Positions 1 to 9,088 of a stretch of 41,148 nt of DNA are shown piece after piece. Below the pieces are notes generated by a model, which made no database searches, was not told where the DNA came from, and saw nothing but the letters and a program-made list of their open reading frames with translations. The stretch is taken from the UHGV virus genome UHGV-0181186. One strand, written 5' to 3'. Numbering within the stretch: position 1 is the first letter of the stretch; each line of letters opens with the position of its first letter. The stretch is from a virus. Both the position numbers and the translations under genes were made by a program.

Positions 1-239
1 AGAGTTGGTGATATCGTGCTTGTTCACAGCGTAGATAAAACCGTCACTGAAAAGCATATCAAACAGTATTAATTCATATCACGGACACAGTTAGGTGATT
101 ACTATAGATTAAGTTACCTGATAGTTATAAGAAATAACATAGATAACCGATAAAGTACTTTACAAGGGGTTTATAGTTCGATAAAGTAAGCCCCAGATAA
201 AGAGCTTTACCACATTAATCCTAAACTGGAGATTCAAAA

Positions 240-782
240 ATGAAATGCTTTCACGGTACTACTCAAGAAAACTTCGTCAACCTGATTAATAACGGTGATA
301 AACCATCAGGCGCATGGAATTGTTCGGATATGGATGGCAATTTTTACGTTTATCCAGAAAATAAAATCTATGGCGACGATGAGGAAGAAATAATCTCTGA
401 AGGCATTCAACAAGCTTTAGGTAATGCCACTATAACGGCAGCTTTTCAGATGAAAACTCAAAACATTGTTATCTTGGAACTTGATATTCCAGAAGATGAG
501 TTGAATGATGATTATTCTTGTGATAATATGTCGAGTGTGGCAAGTTTTACAGAGTATTTTGATATAAGCTGGATTAAAAAGGTTTATATCACTGAATTTA
601 ATGCTATGTTTTCACCTTTTTGTCTTCCTTCACTGGATAACCCGAACTTAAACTATCTTGATGAGTCTCTGGAACTTCTCGCTAAAAGTGTTCAGCAATC
701 GGACAGTATTCAGGTTTTTTGTGACATCATGGATACACTAACAGGAAACATTGCAGAAGAGGATTTGAAGAGTTTTTTCTAA
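240..782 (+). CDS. hypothetical protein (acidic, early-region type)
   Basis: 180-aa ORF; ATG preceded by conserved cctaaactGGAGattcaaaa RBS module; followed by intrinsic terminator. Confidence 0.6.
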   Translation: MKCFHGTTQENFVNLINNGDKPSGAWNCSDMDGNFYVYPENKIYGDDEEEIISEGIQQALGNATITAAFQMKTQNIVILELDIPEDELNDDYSCDNMSSVASFTEYFDISWIKKVYITEFNAMFSPFCLPSLDNPNLNYLDESLELLAKSVQQSDSIQVFCDIMDTLTGNIAEEDLKSFF

Positions 783-814
783 AAACCTATGCAATCACCT
801 TATAAACACTGATT

Positions 815-835
815 AGCCCCTCACAGGGGCTTTTA
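815..835 (+). terminator. intrinsic terminator
   Basis: GC hairpin agcccctcacaggggct followed by T-run. Confidence 0.6.
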
Positions 836-848
836 GGAGGCTTTAATC

Positions 849-1082
849 ATGCTTACAACCATTTACCTCATCCTTTCTATCTGTAATGGTCATTCATGTG
901 ACTTTAAAGGGCTTGAAGAGTTTACAGGAAGTAAAGAAAATGCTATTCAAGTGTGCCAGATAGCAAGGCAAGACTATCCCGCCAGTGATGATATTCAATG
1001 CTACTTTAAGACAGAAGATGACGATGGAATCTATTTCGACAGTGTTGATGGTCAATATGAAATTATCATTGAAAAAGACTAG
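849..1082 (+). CDS. hypothetical protein
   Basis: 77-aa ORF with AGGAGG RBS 6 nt upstream of ATG. Confidence 0.55.
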   Translation: MLTTIYLILSICNGHSCDFKGLEEFTGSKENAIQVCQIARQDYPASDDIQCYFKTEDDDGIYFDSVDGQYEIIIEKD

Positions 1083-1111
1083 ACAAGCCTGATAAAAGTC
1101 TGTAAATTACA

Positions 1112-1148
1112 CATCAACGGGGAGGGAATGACCTTCCCCACTAAATAA
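1112..1148 (+). repeat. conserved intergenic hairpin element (copy 1)
   Basis: caacggggagggaatgaccttccccactaaataaa; near-identical copy at 1444-1480; stem GGGGAGG/CCTTCCCC. Confidence 0.6.
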
Positions 1149-1171
1149 AGTCCTAAACTGGAGTTATCAAG

Positions 1172-1435
1172 ATGGAAAACGTAGAATTAACCACACTATT
1201 GCAGATTGCAACTGATAAAGAGGATGTAGCATTGTTCCATCGCATCGAGAGTGATTTGTTCAATGGTGAAATCATCAAAGAGTCTTACGAAGTTGTCGGA
1301 TTCAAAGATGGTAAAGCATTTGGCTTTTTTGACCTCGACAAAGGTAACGCGGTTACAAAGTACGATGTTCTATCTTGTGAAATTCTGACAAAATACAACG
1401 AAAAAAGGCTTGCAACCTACGCCAATATGCAGTAA
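1172..1435 (+). CDS. hypothetical protein
   Basis: 87-aa ORF preceded by conserved hairpin plus cctaaactggag RBS module. Confidence 0.55.
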   Translation: MENVELTTLLQIATDKEDVALFHRIESDLFNGEIIKESYEVVGFKDGKAFGFFDLDKGNAVTKYDVLSCEILTKYNEKRLATYANMQ

Positions 1436-1443
1436 ATTACTAA

Positions 1444-1480
1444 TCAACGGGGAGGGGATGACCTTCCCCACTAAATAAAA
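1444..1480 (+). repeat. conserved intergenic hairpin element (copy 2)
   Basis: caacggggaggggatgaccttccccactaaataaa, copy of the element at 1112-1148. Confidence 0.6.
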
Positions 1481-1515
1481 CCCTTAAACTACTTCCTAAA
1501 CTGGAGATTCAAAAA

Positions 1516-1764
1516 ATGGCAACTATCCGCGCAATTGTAAATTCTTATGGCTGCTACACTCTGGACGTTAAATTTGATATAGGCGGGACTGATGAGTGTT
1601 TCGAACTGGTGAAGACGGTCATTAAACAAGTTATCCCAGACTATAACCCTACTGATGACTTCTGGAAAGATGCAGTAAAAGAGGCGTTGAGCGATGAATA
1701 TCATTACCATTATTGGGGTGACTTGATTATCTCTCTGTACTACAGCAAACAAGGTTACAACTAA
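1516..1764 (+). CDS. hypothetical protein
   Basis: 82-aa ORF; same conserved RBS module cctaaactggagattcaaaaaATG; the antisense ORF 1489-1773 was rejected. Confidence 0.55.
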   Translation: MATIRAIVNSYGCYTLDVKFDIGGTDECFELVKTVIKQVIPDYNPTDDFWKDAVKEALSDEYHYHYWGDLIISLYYSKQGYN

Positions 1765-1802
1765 TCGACGCAACGGGGCTATTTAGCCCCAGATACCTTT
1801 AC

Positions 1803-1828
1803 AGCCCCTTTCTCATAGGGGCTTTTTT
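1803..1828 (+). terminator. intrinsic terminator
   Basis: agcccctttctcataggggct hairpin followed by TTTTTT; an additional hairpin ggggctatttagcccc lies just upstream. Confidence 0.65.
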
Positions 1829-1829
1829 A

Positions 1830-3400
1830 CGTCTCTGTAATAGCCTCTATACAACCCTTTCCCTTCCCTTTCCAGAATCTATCCCACTAATTCGATAGAA
1901 TCTATCCCGTACCTTAAAAGCAATAACTCTATAGTCTACTCTATAACCTCTTATCAAATCAACTTAAATAAAAGCCCATAACCCGAAAGGGAAGGGCAAC
2001 CATTTAAACGCTCTATAAAGCCCTATAACAGCCTTATCAACCTAACTTAAGGGATTGCATTAACCCACTCTAAAAAGCCCTTTATAGAGCTTCCCAGAGC
2101 CTTAGAAGAATCTTATAAGGGTGTAAGCTTTATCATCTCGTTAGTATTCTTGTGAACTACTAAAAAGGGCTTGGTAGTTCCTTTAAAGTATGTTATAGGG
2201 GCTATAAAGTTACTTTGAAGTAGCTTAAAAGTTACGTAAATGCTAGCCCCCTTAACATTTTCTTAACAATTTCTTAACAAACCCTACATAGTTATGCTTG
2301 TTAGAGACTTGTTAGCCCCTTGTTAAATCTCTGTTAAGACCACGTAAAAGCCTTGTAAGAGTCTTTAGCATAGCCTTTAAAGCCTCTGTAAAGCCCTATA
2401 AAGAGCTATCCATACAGTTGAGGGGTAGATACTAGGAAGAGACTTAAAAGAGCTTATAAAGAGCTATAGAGAGCTTTTAAGAGGTATGTTTAGAGAATCA
2501 CTAAGTAAGAGAGGGAACGATAAGGAAGAGTTAGTGACCATGTTAATAGCTTGTTAAAAAGATTAAACACTTGTTAGGAACTTGTTAATTATCCCTACAA
2601 AATAACTCTTTAAAATTAACTTGTTAGCTCTTGTTAGTCATCTGTTAAGATTCTGTAAAGTCTATGTATCAACTGTTAAGAAACTGTTACATCCTTGTTA
2701 GTTCTGTTAAGAATCTGTTAAGACCTTTGGAGAGATGTTAAGAGCTTGTGAGAACTGTTAAGAGATTGTTAAGGATATTTTAAAATTCTGCAAAGGGATG
2801 GTAAGGGAGTTGTTAAGGGTTACCAAGCAGATATACATCCTAATCAGATATTTTTGAGTTCCTTCAAAGACCCTAAAAAATGACTTGATAGTCCTATTTT
2901 ATAAAAATTTTAAAAATCTGAATAATTACCTAGACAGTCTTTTAAAAATACAGGTAGAAACAGGCTTATAAGATACCTTGTTAGTACCGTGTTAGACCTT
3001 GTGAGATAAGGTCTGTGAAGATATTCCTGTTAAGTTTGTTAAAACAGTCTATATAGAGGTTTAGTAATACCTAGTGAACACCTATAGAGGGTAACATAGC
3101 TTACCTAGAGATTAAGAGGTGTATAGAGGCTTCTAAGAGCGTATAGAGAGATGGTTAAGGTGATTGTATAGGTTGTTAAGAAGGCTTGTTAGAAGATTGT
3201 TTATAAGGCTTATTAAAGGGCTAGTTAGAAGGCTTATACAGGGGGCTATTAAGACCACTAGATAGTTACTAAGATACTATATAGTACTATATAACTATAT
3301 AGAGAGTAAGATTAAGGAGGTTGTTAAGAAGGATAGATATTTTGTTCACATATGCTGGTGACCCAGAGGTTGGGACAACCGATAAAATTTTATAAAAATT
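1830..3400. repeat. ORF-free iteron array (TGTTAAG-type and CTATAAAG/TATAGAG-type short repeats)
   Basis: No ORF in any frame across about 1.6 kb; dozens of copies of (C)TTGTTA(A/G)G and (C)TATA(A/G)AG at roughly 10-12 bp spacing; lies between convergent terminators. Confidence 0.7.
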
Positions 3401-3425
3401 AAAAAAGCCCCCAATTAAGGAGGCT
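3399..3425 (-). terminator. intrinsic terminator (minus strand)
   Basis: On the minus strand: gcctcc-ttaatt-gggggc hairpin followed by ttttttaattttt. Confidence 0.5.
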
Positions 3426-3437
3426 CTTAAGGTATTT

Positions 3438-3986
3438 TTAAATCAGTGTTTCCAGAACTGTTTTTAGTGATGACTTGGTTGTCTGATAAAAATGAGTAAA
3501 GCCGTTGTTGTTATCGAATATCTGCATCATGATATCATCTCCCTTGATTGGGTATACTCGGATATCATAGTGAAAACCATTAAAGACACAAGACCCATTA
3601 CAGAATGCACTAAAGTCATCCACTGAGATATACTCTTCATGTCCTGTGATTTTTATACAGATACCTTTACTCGGTCTCTTAGGATTAATATCTTCCATCA
3701 CAGACATATTCTGTCCACCAAGAGATACCATAGTGACCACTTTACGGTTCTTCTGTCTAAAGTACATCTTAACTTTCTGCAAAGTGTCTTCATAGAACGG
3801 ATAAGACCTAGCTACAAAGATTCCTTCAAGTGGCTCTTTACCATTTTCAACTTCTCTGGTATGTCGTACTGCAAAGATAATTTGTTGGAACCAGTTAAGA
3901 TTTTCTTCGGAGAGTGCTTCTCGAACATCACTCCAGTCAAGGACTAAGTAGTTACCTTCAACTTCTTTTAAGTTATCTTTTTCCAT
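3438..3986 (-). CDS. hypothetical protein
   Basis: ORF 3438-4061; the longest start overlaps the upstream gene by 62 nt, so the internal Met at 3986 was chosen as the likely start. Confidence 0.5.
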   Translation of the reverse strand: MEKDNLKEVEGNYLVLDWSDVREALSEENLNWFQQIIFAVRHTREVENGKEPLEGIFVARSYPFYEDTLQKVKMYFRQKNRKVVTMVSLGGQNMSVMEDINPKRPSKGICIKITGHEEYISVDDFSAFCNGSCVFNGFHYDIRVYPIKGDDIMMQIFDNNNGFTHFYQTTKSSLKTVLETLI

Positions 3987-3999
3987 ATCTATCACACCA

Positions 4000-4464
4000 T
4001 TATCGTAAAACTTGATATTCTGGTACTGCGAATTTATTACTATTGTTCTTGATGAGGTCATCCTCTGAAACTAAAAATGTAATACCACATAAGTGTCTGT
4101 AACGACTATCATACTCGAATATCTTAAACAGATATTTACCATCATGATAAACCTGTTGCACTTCACCTTCTGCAACAATCTCGCCTGTAATAAAATTTTT
4201 TAGTTTATACACATTACCAACTTTAGGTACTGTTTTCATCTCAGGCTCTTTTAGTGCTACACCTATTTTTGCATCACCGAGTAAATGAGAACTCTCAAAA
4301 GCTACGTGTTTCATATAAGCTTCTGAGCATTCCCAAATAAAACAATGTACAAGAACCTTAGCAGCATGTCTTGAGCAGTTCAACTTATCACAAATTTCTG
4401 TGTACATCTCATCTTTAGTAGAATTGTCAAGCATTGCTCTTTGCACTACTTCTTTAATTTTCAT
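4000..4464 (-). CDS. hypothetical protein
   Basis: 154-aa ORF in a tightly packed leftward gene block. Confidence 0.55.
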   Translation of the reverse strand: MKIKEVVQRAMLDNSTKDEMYTEICDKLNCSRHAAKVLVHCFIWECSEAYMKHVAFESSHLLGDAKIGVALKEPEMKTVPKVGNVYKLKNFITGEIVAEGEVQQVYHDGKYLFKIFEYDSRYRHLCGITFLVSEDDLIKNNSNKFAVPEYQVLR

Positions 4465-4876
4465 AAGCTCTCCGAATAACCCTATTAAGCATCTCTAAAG
4501 TCAGCTTTCCAGATTCTAAATGTGGCATGATGAGTTTTAAAGCTTTTTCAACATCATTCACAACATCTATTATACCTTCTGCATAGGCTTCTACAAGGAT
4601 ATCTTTTACACCGATATAGCCTTCATTGATAATGATTTGCATATCAAAATCTTCTGATTGCTTGTTTAACTTACCTCTCCAATACCCATCAGCATTAAAA
4701 GATATCACTTCACACTCTTTAAAATCCATATCATCTGCATGGAATGGAGTAATTATTGTGCATTGGATTGGGTACTCTACACCAGTGGTGTCAACATCAA
4801 AGACCTTCACAGAAGTAAGTGGTTTCTTTGTTTTAGAGCAGTAAACTGCCAATCTTTTACCAATAAGCTCTTTCAT
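4454..4876 (-). CDS. hypothetical protein
   Basis: 140-aa ORF, co-directional with neighbours. Confidence 0.55.
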   Translation of the reverse strand: MKELIGKRLAVYCSKTKKPLTSVKVFDVDTTGVEYPIQCTIITPFHADDMDFKECEVISFNADGYWRGKLNKQSEDFDMQIIINEGYIGVKDILVEAYAEGIIDVVNDVEKALKLIMPHLESGKLTLEMLNRVIRRAYEN

Positions 4877-4928
4877 TTCGCTACCTTCTAAGTTTCTACA
4901 AAGGGGCTATCAAGTAACCCCTAAGTTA

Positions 4929-5153
4929 TTACTCAGACTTTTCAGTCTTCTTATCGGATTTCTTACTAGTCTTCTCCTCAGCTTTCTGCTCAGGTTCCTT
5001 CTCAGGAGTTGCCTTGATAACCATATCAAGAAGCTCTGATAAGTCACTCTTCAGCAAAGTAACAGGCTGCTCATTATAGAAGTTTTTGTCAAGATAGACT
5101 TTGAACTCTTCAATAGAAGGAAATCCAAAAATTGGTACAGGCGTCTTAATCAT
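4929..5153 (-). CDS. hypothetical protein (Lys/Glu-rich C-terminus)
   Basis: 74-aa ORF. Confidence 0.45.
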   Translation of the reverse strand: MIKTPVPIFGFPSIEEFKVYLDKNFYNEQPVTLLKSDLSELLDMVIKATPEKEPEQKAEEKTSKKSDKKTEKSE

Positions 5154-5229
5154 TACTTAGTCTCTCCATAGGCATCTTTTAAGATTGCCTTGTTAATCAT
5201 TTCAGCGATTGCAAAACGAACACATACAG

Positions 5230-5733
5230 CTATAATTGTAGGTTGCATTCTTTACTTACCTCTTCAAGTTTAACCTCAGAGTCCTTAAGTCGTTTCTTAT
5301 GAACTCTGAATCTTATTAGTGAGATGATAATACCAGCTAAAGGAACAGTATACAAGTACCAGATATCATGTAGCTTTGCAGTAATCTGTGCAATGGTCAA
5401 ATCTTGAGCTATGGAACTGATTGCTGATACTGCCAGTAACATTGCTAAGAAGAAAGCCAGTATCATAACAATATTCAGACAACCTCTGGCATGGTATTCA
5501 TGCTTAATGCACTTACTCTTTTCGTCAACAACCCTGTTGTAGTCGTTTGTAAAGTCTCTGTAGAAAGCTTTCAAGTATTCTTTATTGTAGCCTTCAAAGC
5601 AACCTGTACCGTACCAATAATCACCACCAAAATGTGCTATGATACCAGTATCTCCATTTGGTTTGGTTACTCTTAAAGAAGTATGATGACGAGTATCCTG
5701 ATAATCTATCTTATATCTCTCTTCAAAAATCAT
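5230..5733 (-). CDS. hypothetical membrane protein
   Basis: ORF with two hydrophobic C-terminal segments (ILAFFLAMLLAVSAISSIA and VPLAGIIISLI); start placed at the Met giving ATGA overlap with the upstream gene. Confidence 0.5.
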   Translation of the reverse strand: MIFEERYKIDYQDTRHHTSLRVTKPNGDTGIIAHFGGDYWYGTGCFEGYNKEYLKAFYRDFTNDYNRVVDEKSKCIKHEYHARGCLNIVMILAFFLAMLLAVSAISSIAQDLTIAQITAKLHDIWYLYTVPLAGIIISLIRFRVHKKRLKDSEVKLEEVSKECNLQL

Positions 5734-5948
5734 TTTCCAACCCCTCTCAATCGTTTGTTCCATTCAAGGTCAACAAATCTTTGCAGGACTTTCCCTCTAG
5801 GTGTTACACCTTTTAAATCTGCATCGTAACAATGGTAAAAGTCACCTTCAGCATGTTTACCATAGCATTTTCTGATATTCTGGCTTCTGCGATACTGTTC
5901 TAACAAGGACAGTTTGTAGTAATCTTCAACTGTAGTTAGTTTTTTCAT
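5730..5948 (-). CDS. hypothetical protein
   Basis: 72-aa ORF, ATGA-type overlaps on both sides. Confidence 0.45.
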   Translation of the reverse strand: MKKLTTVEDYYKLSLLEQYRRSQNIRKCYGKHAEGDFYHCYDADLKGVTPRGKVLQRFVDLEWNKRLRGVGK

Positions 5949-6490
5949 TCTTTCACCATAGCATTTCTGAACTGACGTTGTGTTTCTCTTGTAATTTCGT
6001 TTGGAGTAAAACCTGCTTTCAGCATATCTCTGAAAAGAACTTCTAAATGGTTCCTCTCAATGATGTAAATGGCATTCTGAATAGCTGTTTTGCGCTCCTT
6101 CAGGTCACTACTAATCTCTTCGCACTTACTGGTAAGTTCTGTGTCAGTTTTCTTATAGACTGGCATAACATGTGCGTAGCAACCTTTATTAGTCTCCATG
6201 AAAAATTTAAAAGATTCTTCAGAGTCCTTTAGAGCAATCCCTATAAAGTTCTTGTAAGCACCTGTGAAAGATAAGGACTCAATCTCAGCAGTTGAGTATA
6301 CAGTTCCTGCACACAGCCTTGCAGAAGTACTAAATGTGTGGTTTGGTGTCATGTCAAAATCTAAGTTCTTCAGTGGCCTGAAATAAACAATACCGTTGTG
6401 TGAGATATGTGTTACAACAGCCTCAACACTCTTTGACGGATTCTGTTTAACGTACAAAATTATTTTATCTTTTTCTTTCACTGTAGCCAT
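5945..6490 (-). CDS. hypothetical protein
   Basis: 181-aa ORF. Confidence 0.55.
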   Translation of the reverse strand: MATVKEKDKIILYVKQNPSKSVEAVVTHISHNGIVYFRPLKNLDFDMTPNHTFSTSARLCAGTVYSTAEIESLSFTGAYKNFIGIALKDSEESFKFFMETNKGCYAHVMPVYKKTDTELTSKCEEISSDLKERKTAIQNAIYIIERNHLEVLFRDMLKAGFTPNEITRETQRQFRNAMVKE

Positions 6491-6562
6491 ATCTATTCTC
6501 CAGAAACTAAAAAGGGAACTACCTCTCGATAGCTCCCATCATAATTAATGTTGTATACTCAG

Positions 6563-7144
6563 TCAAGAGTATTTTTTAGGCAGTAATGCACTTCGCTTGT
6601 TACTCTCTTCACTCAGCAGTGCAATAAATTCATCACCTTTACCATTCCACGGACTAAATGTAGGGATATGTTCTCTGATAGCATCAATCACTGTTTTCAG
6701 GGCGTTATTTTTTAACCACCAATCAGACACTGCTGAGGCTACAATATAATAAGCACCATCATCTGTGAAGATTGGCTCAGAGATACATGGTGAAATCATA
6801 GTGGTGATGATAGAGCCGTTATTCATGTAGTATGTTCTTTTTTCAACCTTATCAAGAAGCTTATGAAGGTCTGCAAAGAGACTTACCACCTCTTTATGGT
6901 CAATATCTTTTTCAAGACTTGCTCTGTACTTTAATAGTGCAGCATCAACCTCTTTATCATTGAATTTGAAGTACTGGACTTCTTCATTCACACATACGCT
7001 GATATTGTTGGTGTTTATCGTCAATTTGCACAGTTTGACTGGAGAGTTGATGTTGGTCTGAAAAAGTGCTACACAGCCCTCTACATTCCCGAAATGCTTG
7101 ACTAATGTAACTTCTGGTTGGATATGCTCATGTTCTTCTGACAT
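6563..7144 (-). CDS. hypothetical protein
   Basis: 193-aa ORF. Confidence 0.55.
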   Translation of the reverse strand: MSEEHEHIQPEVTLVKHFGNVEGCVALFQTNINSPVKLCKLTINTNNISVCVNEEVQYFKFNDKEVDAALLKYRASLEKDIDHKEVVSLFADLHKLLDKVEKRTYYMNNGSIITTMISPCISEPIFTDDGAYYIVASAVSDWWLKNNALKTVIDAIREHIPTFSPWNGKGDEFIALLSEESNKRSALLPKKYS

Positions 7145-7488
7145 TACAGTTTCCTCATTAAATACTTTTTAAGTTGTGTGTTAGGTTTCTCAAAAACTTC
7201 TATAGAAGATATCTTGACAGACTCACCACGCATACCAGTATGTTTGAATATGTAGTACTCTAACATCCCTATATACTTTGCTGGTAAGTCATATTTTACA
7301 TACACCGTCACAGAATCTTCAAACTCAACAACCTTTGTACCATCTTTGTAGTTAAACTCTTTAGGATGGTTGTAGTTGTCTATGTCATACATTAAAAAGA
7401 GTCTTTTACGTTGTAAGTCAAGCTTATTTGTTAAAGACTCTTTAATATCTGAGAAGTTTTTGTACACTGTGACATGGAGCTTACTCAT
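7144..7488 (-). CDS. hypothetical protein
   Basis: 114-aa ORF. Confidence 0.55.
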   Translation of the reverse strand: MSKLHVTVYKNFSDIKESLTNKLDLQRKRLFLMYDIDNYNHPKEFNYKDGTKVVEFEDSVTVYVKYDLPAKYIGMLEYYIFKHTGMRGESVKISSIEVFEKPNTQLKKYLMRKL

Positions 7489-7774
7489 CGTTAAACTCTC
7501 TGACGAAGAAATAGTTGACTTTGTTATTACCTACCATAAGGTCAAAGCAGGTATTTTCAAAAGGTTTGTTGTAGGCATCGTATGAAATATATGGGTCAGC
7601 TACTTGCTTAGTGCTTAACTTCTTACTTGATGGATTTAAGAGGCCACCATACAGCTTCTTGATAGCCTCTTCTACAACAGACCAGATAATTTCGTCAGTA
7701 ATTTCTTCGTACAGGTCAAGTTCACGCTCCAGTGAGAAGTCACAAATAGGGAAAACAACCTGTACTTTACTCAT
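7481..7774 (-). CDS. hypothetical protein
   Basis: 97-aa ORF. Confidence 0.5.
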   Translation of the reverse strand: MSKVQVVFPICDFSLERELDLYEEITDEIIWSVVEEAIKKLYGGLLNPSSKKLSTKQVADPYISYDAYNKPFENTCFDLMVGNNKVNYFFVREFNDE

Positions 7775-8181
7775 TAACGAATAACCTGTGAGACTTGAAT
7801 TGCTTCAGTTACTGACAAGTCACCTACTTTCTCTTCTTTGATAAAAGTGAAGGTGAGTTCAACAGGTTCTTGCTCTTCTTGCTCTTCTTGCTCAACTGGA
7901 ACACCATTAAGCTCATCAAAGATTGATTGGGTTGTCCAGTCTTCTCCACCATCTGGATAGTGGATTACGTAGAGAGGGAACTCTGTGTTAAACCAACCAA
8001 ATACAGGGCAGCCATCTTCATCATCTCGCACCCGATGAAGGGTGCTTCCAGACCCTGTAAAACGAAGGAATAAATCTCCGTTGCACTTGAATATTACTGC
8101 GTCGGCAAAACCGATGTCTTCTCGACCATCATGACCAAATGTGTCAACCTTTACTTGAATATCTCTAACATCTTTATTCAT
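7774..8181 (-). CDS. hypothetical protein (acidic EQEEQEEQE tract)
   Basis: 135-aa ORF. Confidence 0.55.
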   Translation of the reverse strand: MNKDVRDIQVKVDTFGHDGREDIGFADAVIFKCNGDLFLRFTGSGSTLHRVRDDEDGCPVFGWFNTEFPLYVIHYPDGGEDWTTQSIFDELNGVPVEQEEQEEQEPVELTFTFIKEEKVGDLSVTEAIQVSQVIR

Positions 8182-8572
8182 AAAAACCTCTCTCTGCTTG
8201 TTCGATTTTTGCTCTTAAAGTTTCGCAATACTGTAGATGGTAGTTAGCTTCTTGTTCATGTGTTGCTAACTGCCTTTCCAGAACAGTTTTATAGTAACCT
8301 GCAAGTTGCTCTTTTGTCAATGGGTGCTCTGAAATAATATCAAGTCCACTTTCGCCAAGAGGGTTGAATTGTCCATGCTCATTGACATTGTAAGTCTCAA
8401 ACTTGAACAGACCATTGTTCACAGACTCAATAGGTGACAATTCAACAAGCTCTACAGTAAACCGTGTATACACCTTATCACCTCTTGAAACTACATTGTT
8501 CCCGACAATGCGTACAAGCGAGCCATTACGAGTGTACTTAAAAGTTCCAAAGTCACTAGCCCAAAGTTTCAT
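8174..8572 (-). CDS. hypothetical protein
   Basis: 132-aa ORF. Confidence 0.55.
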   Translation of the reverse strand: MKLWASDFGTFKYTRNGSLVRIVGNNVVSRGDKVYTRFTVELVELSPIESVNNGLFKFETYNVNEHGQFNPLGESGLDIISEHPLTKEQLAGYYKTVLERQLATHEQEANYHLQYCETLRAKIEQAERGFYE

Positions 8573-8587
8573 AGCTTTCTCCTTAGA

Positions 8588-8615
8588 AAATAAAAAAGGC
8601 TCCCGAAGGAGCCTA
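8588..8615 (-). terminator. intrinsic terminator (minus strand)
   Basis: On the minus strand: ggctcc-ttcg-ggagcc hairpin followed by ttttttatttt, downstream of the endolysin gene. Confidence 0.6.
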
Positions 8616-8623
8616 TGAAGATA

Positions 8624-9088
8624 TTACTTTGGGTATACACTGTCAAGGTAAATATCAGCTTCCATTCTGCGTCTGTTTTTAAGACCGTTTGAAGTGACCT
8701 TCTCACCTTTGACCGTTACCTTGTTCCACCACTGCATAGCTTCTGCACAACCTACCTTATTACCAGCGTTGTGGCGCTTGATAAATGTAGAGTCCTGCAT
8801 AGCCGTGATACCGATGTTGTATGTTTCACTAACAAGGGCATCAAACTCATTTTGAGTGGTTGGGGTTTTGATTGCTTTGTTGACTGCACTGACAAACTTT
8901 TCAACATCAGCAAGAAGATACTGTTCAGCCTGTGCCTCAGTAATCTTCATACCCATTTTGACAGGTCTTCCATCAATACGGATTGTCCCGTAACCAATTG
9001 TTGGGATTCCGGCAGAATCTTTGTAAGCCTCTAACTCCAGACCTTCGAAGAACTTAATAGCGTCTAAACCTTTTCTTGAGAGTTGCAT
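8624..9088 (-). CDS. endolysin, T4-lysozyme-like (glycoside hydrolase family 24)
   Basis: 154 aa; N-terminal FEGLELEAYKDSAGIPTIGYGT motif with catalytic Glu/Asp/Thr spacing typical of phage lysozymes. Confidence 0.8.
   Translation of the reverse strand: MQLSRKGLDAIKFFEGLELEAYKDSAGIPTIGYGTIRIDGRPVKMGMKITEAQAEQYLLADVEKFVSAVNKAIKTPTTQNEFDALVSETYNIGITAMQDSTFIKRHNAGNKVGCAEAMQWWNKVTVKGEKVTSNGLKNRRRMEADIYLDSVYPK

Noticed and set aside
1100-1160. T4-type late promoter (TATAAATA) in the repeated early-region elements
   Set aside because: The elements contain CTAAATAAA but not the strict TATAAATA consensus.
1489-1773. 94-aa minus-strand ORF overlapping the + strand gene 1516-1764
   Set aside because: Antisense to a gene that has the conserved RBS module and matches the orientation of its neighbours; likely a shadow ORF.
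1830-3400. Possible CRISPR array, given the dense short repeats
   Set aside because: Repeat units are only 7-9 bp, irregularly spaced and mixed in orientation, with no uniform 25-40 bp repeats or unique spacers and no cas genes; iterons fit better.
3639-3947. 102-aa + strand ORF within the leftward gene 3438-3986
   Set aside because: Antisense to a longer ORF that is co-directional with the whole leftward block.
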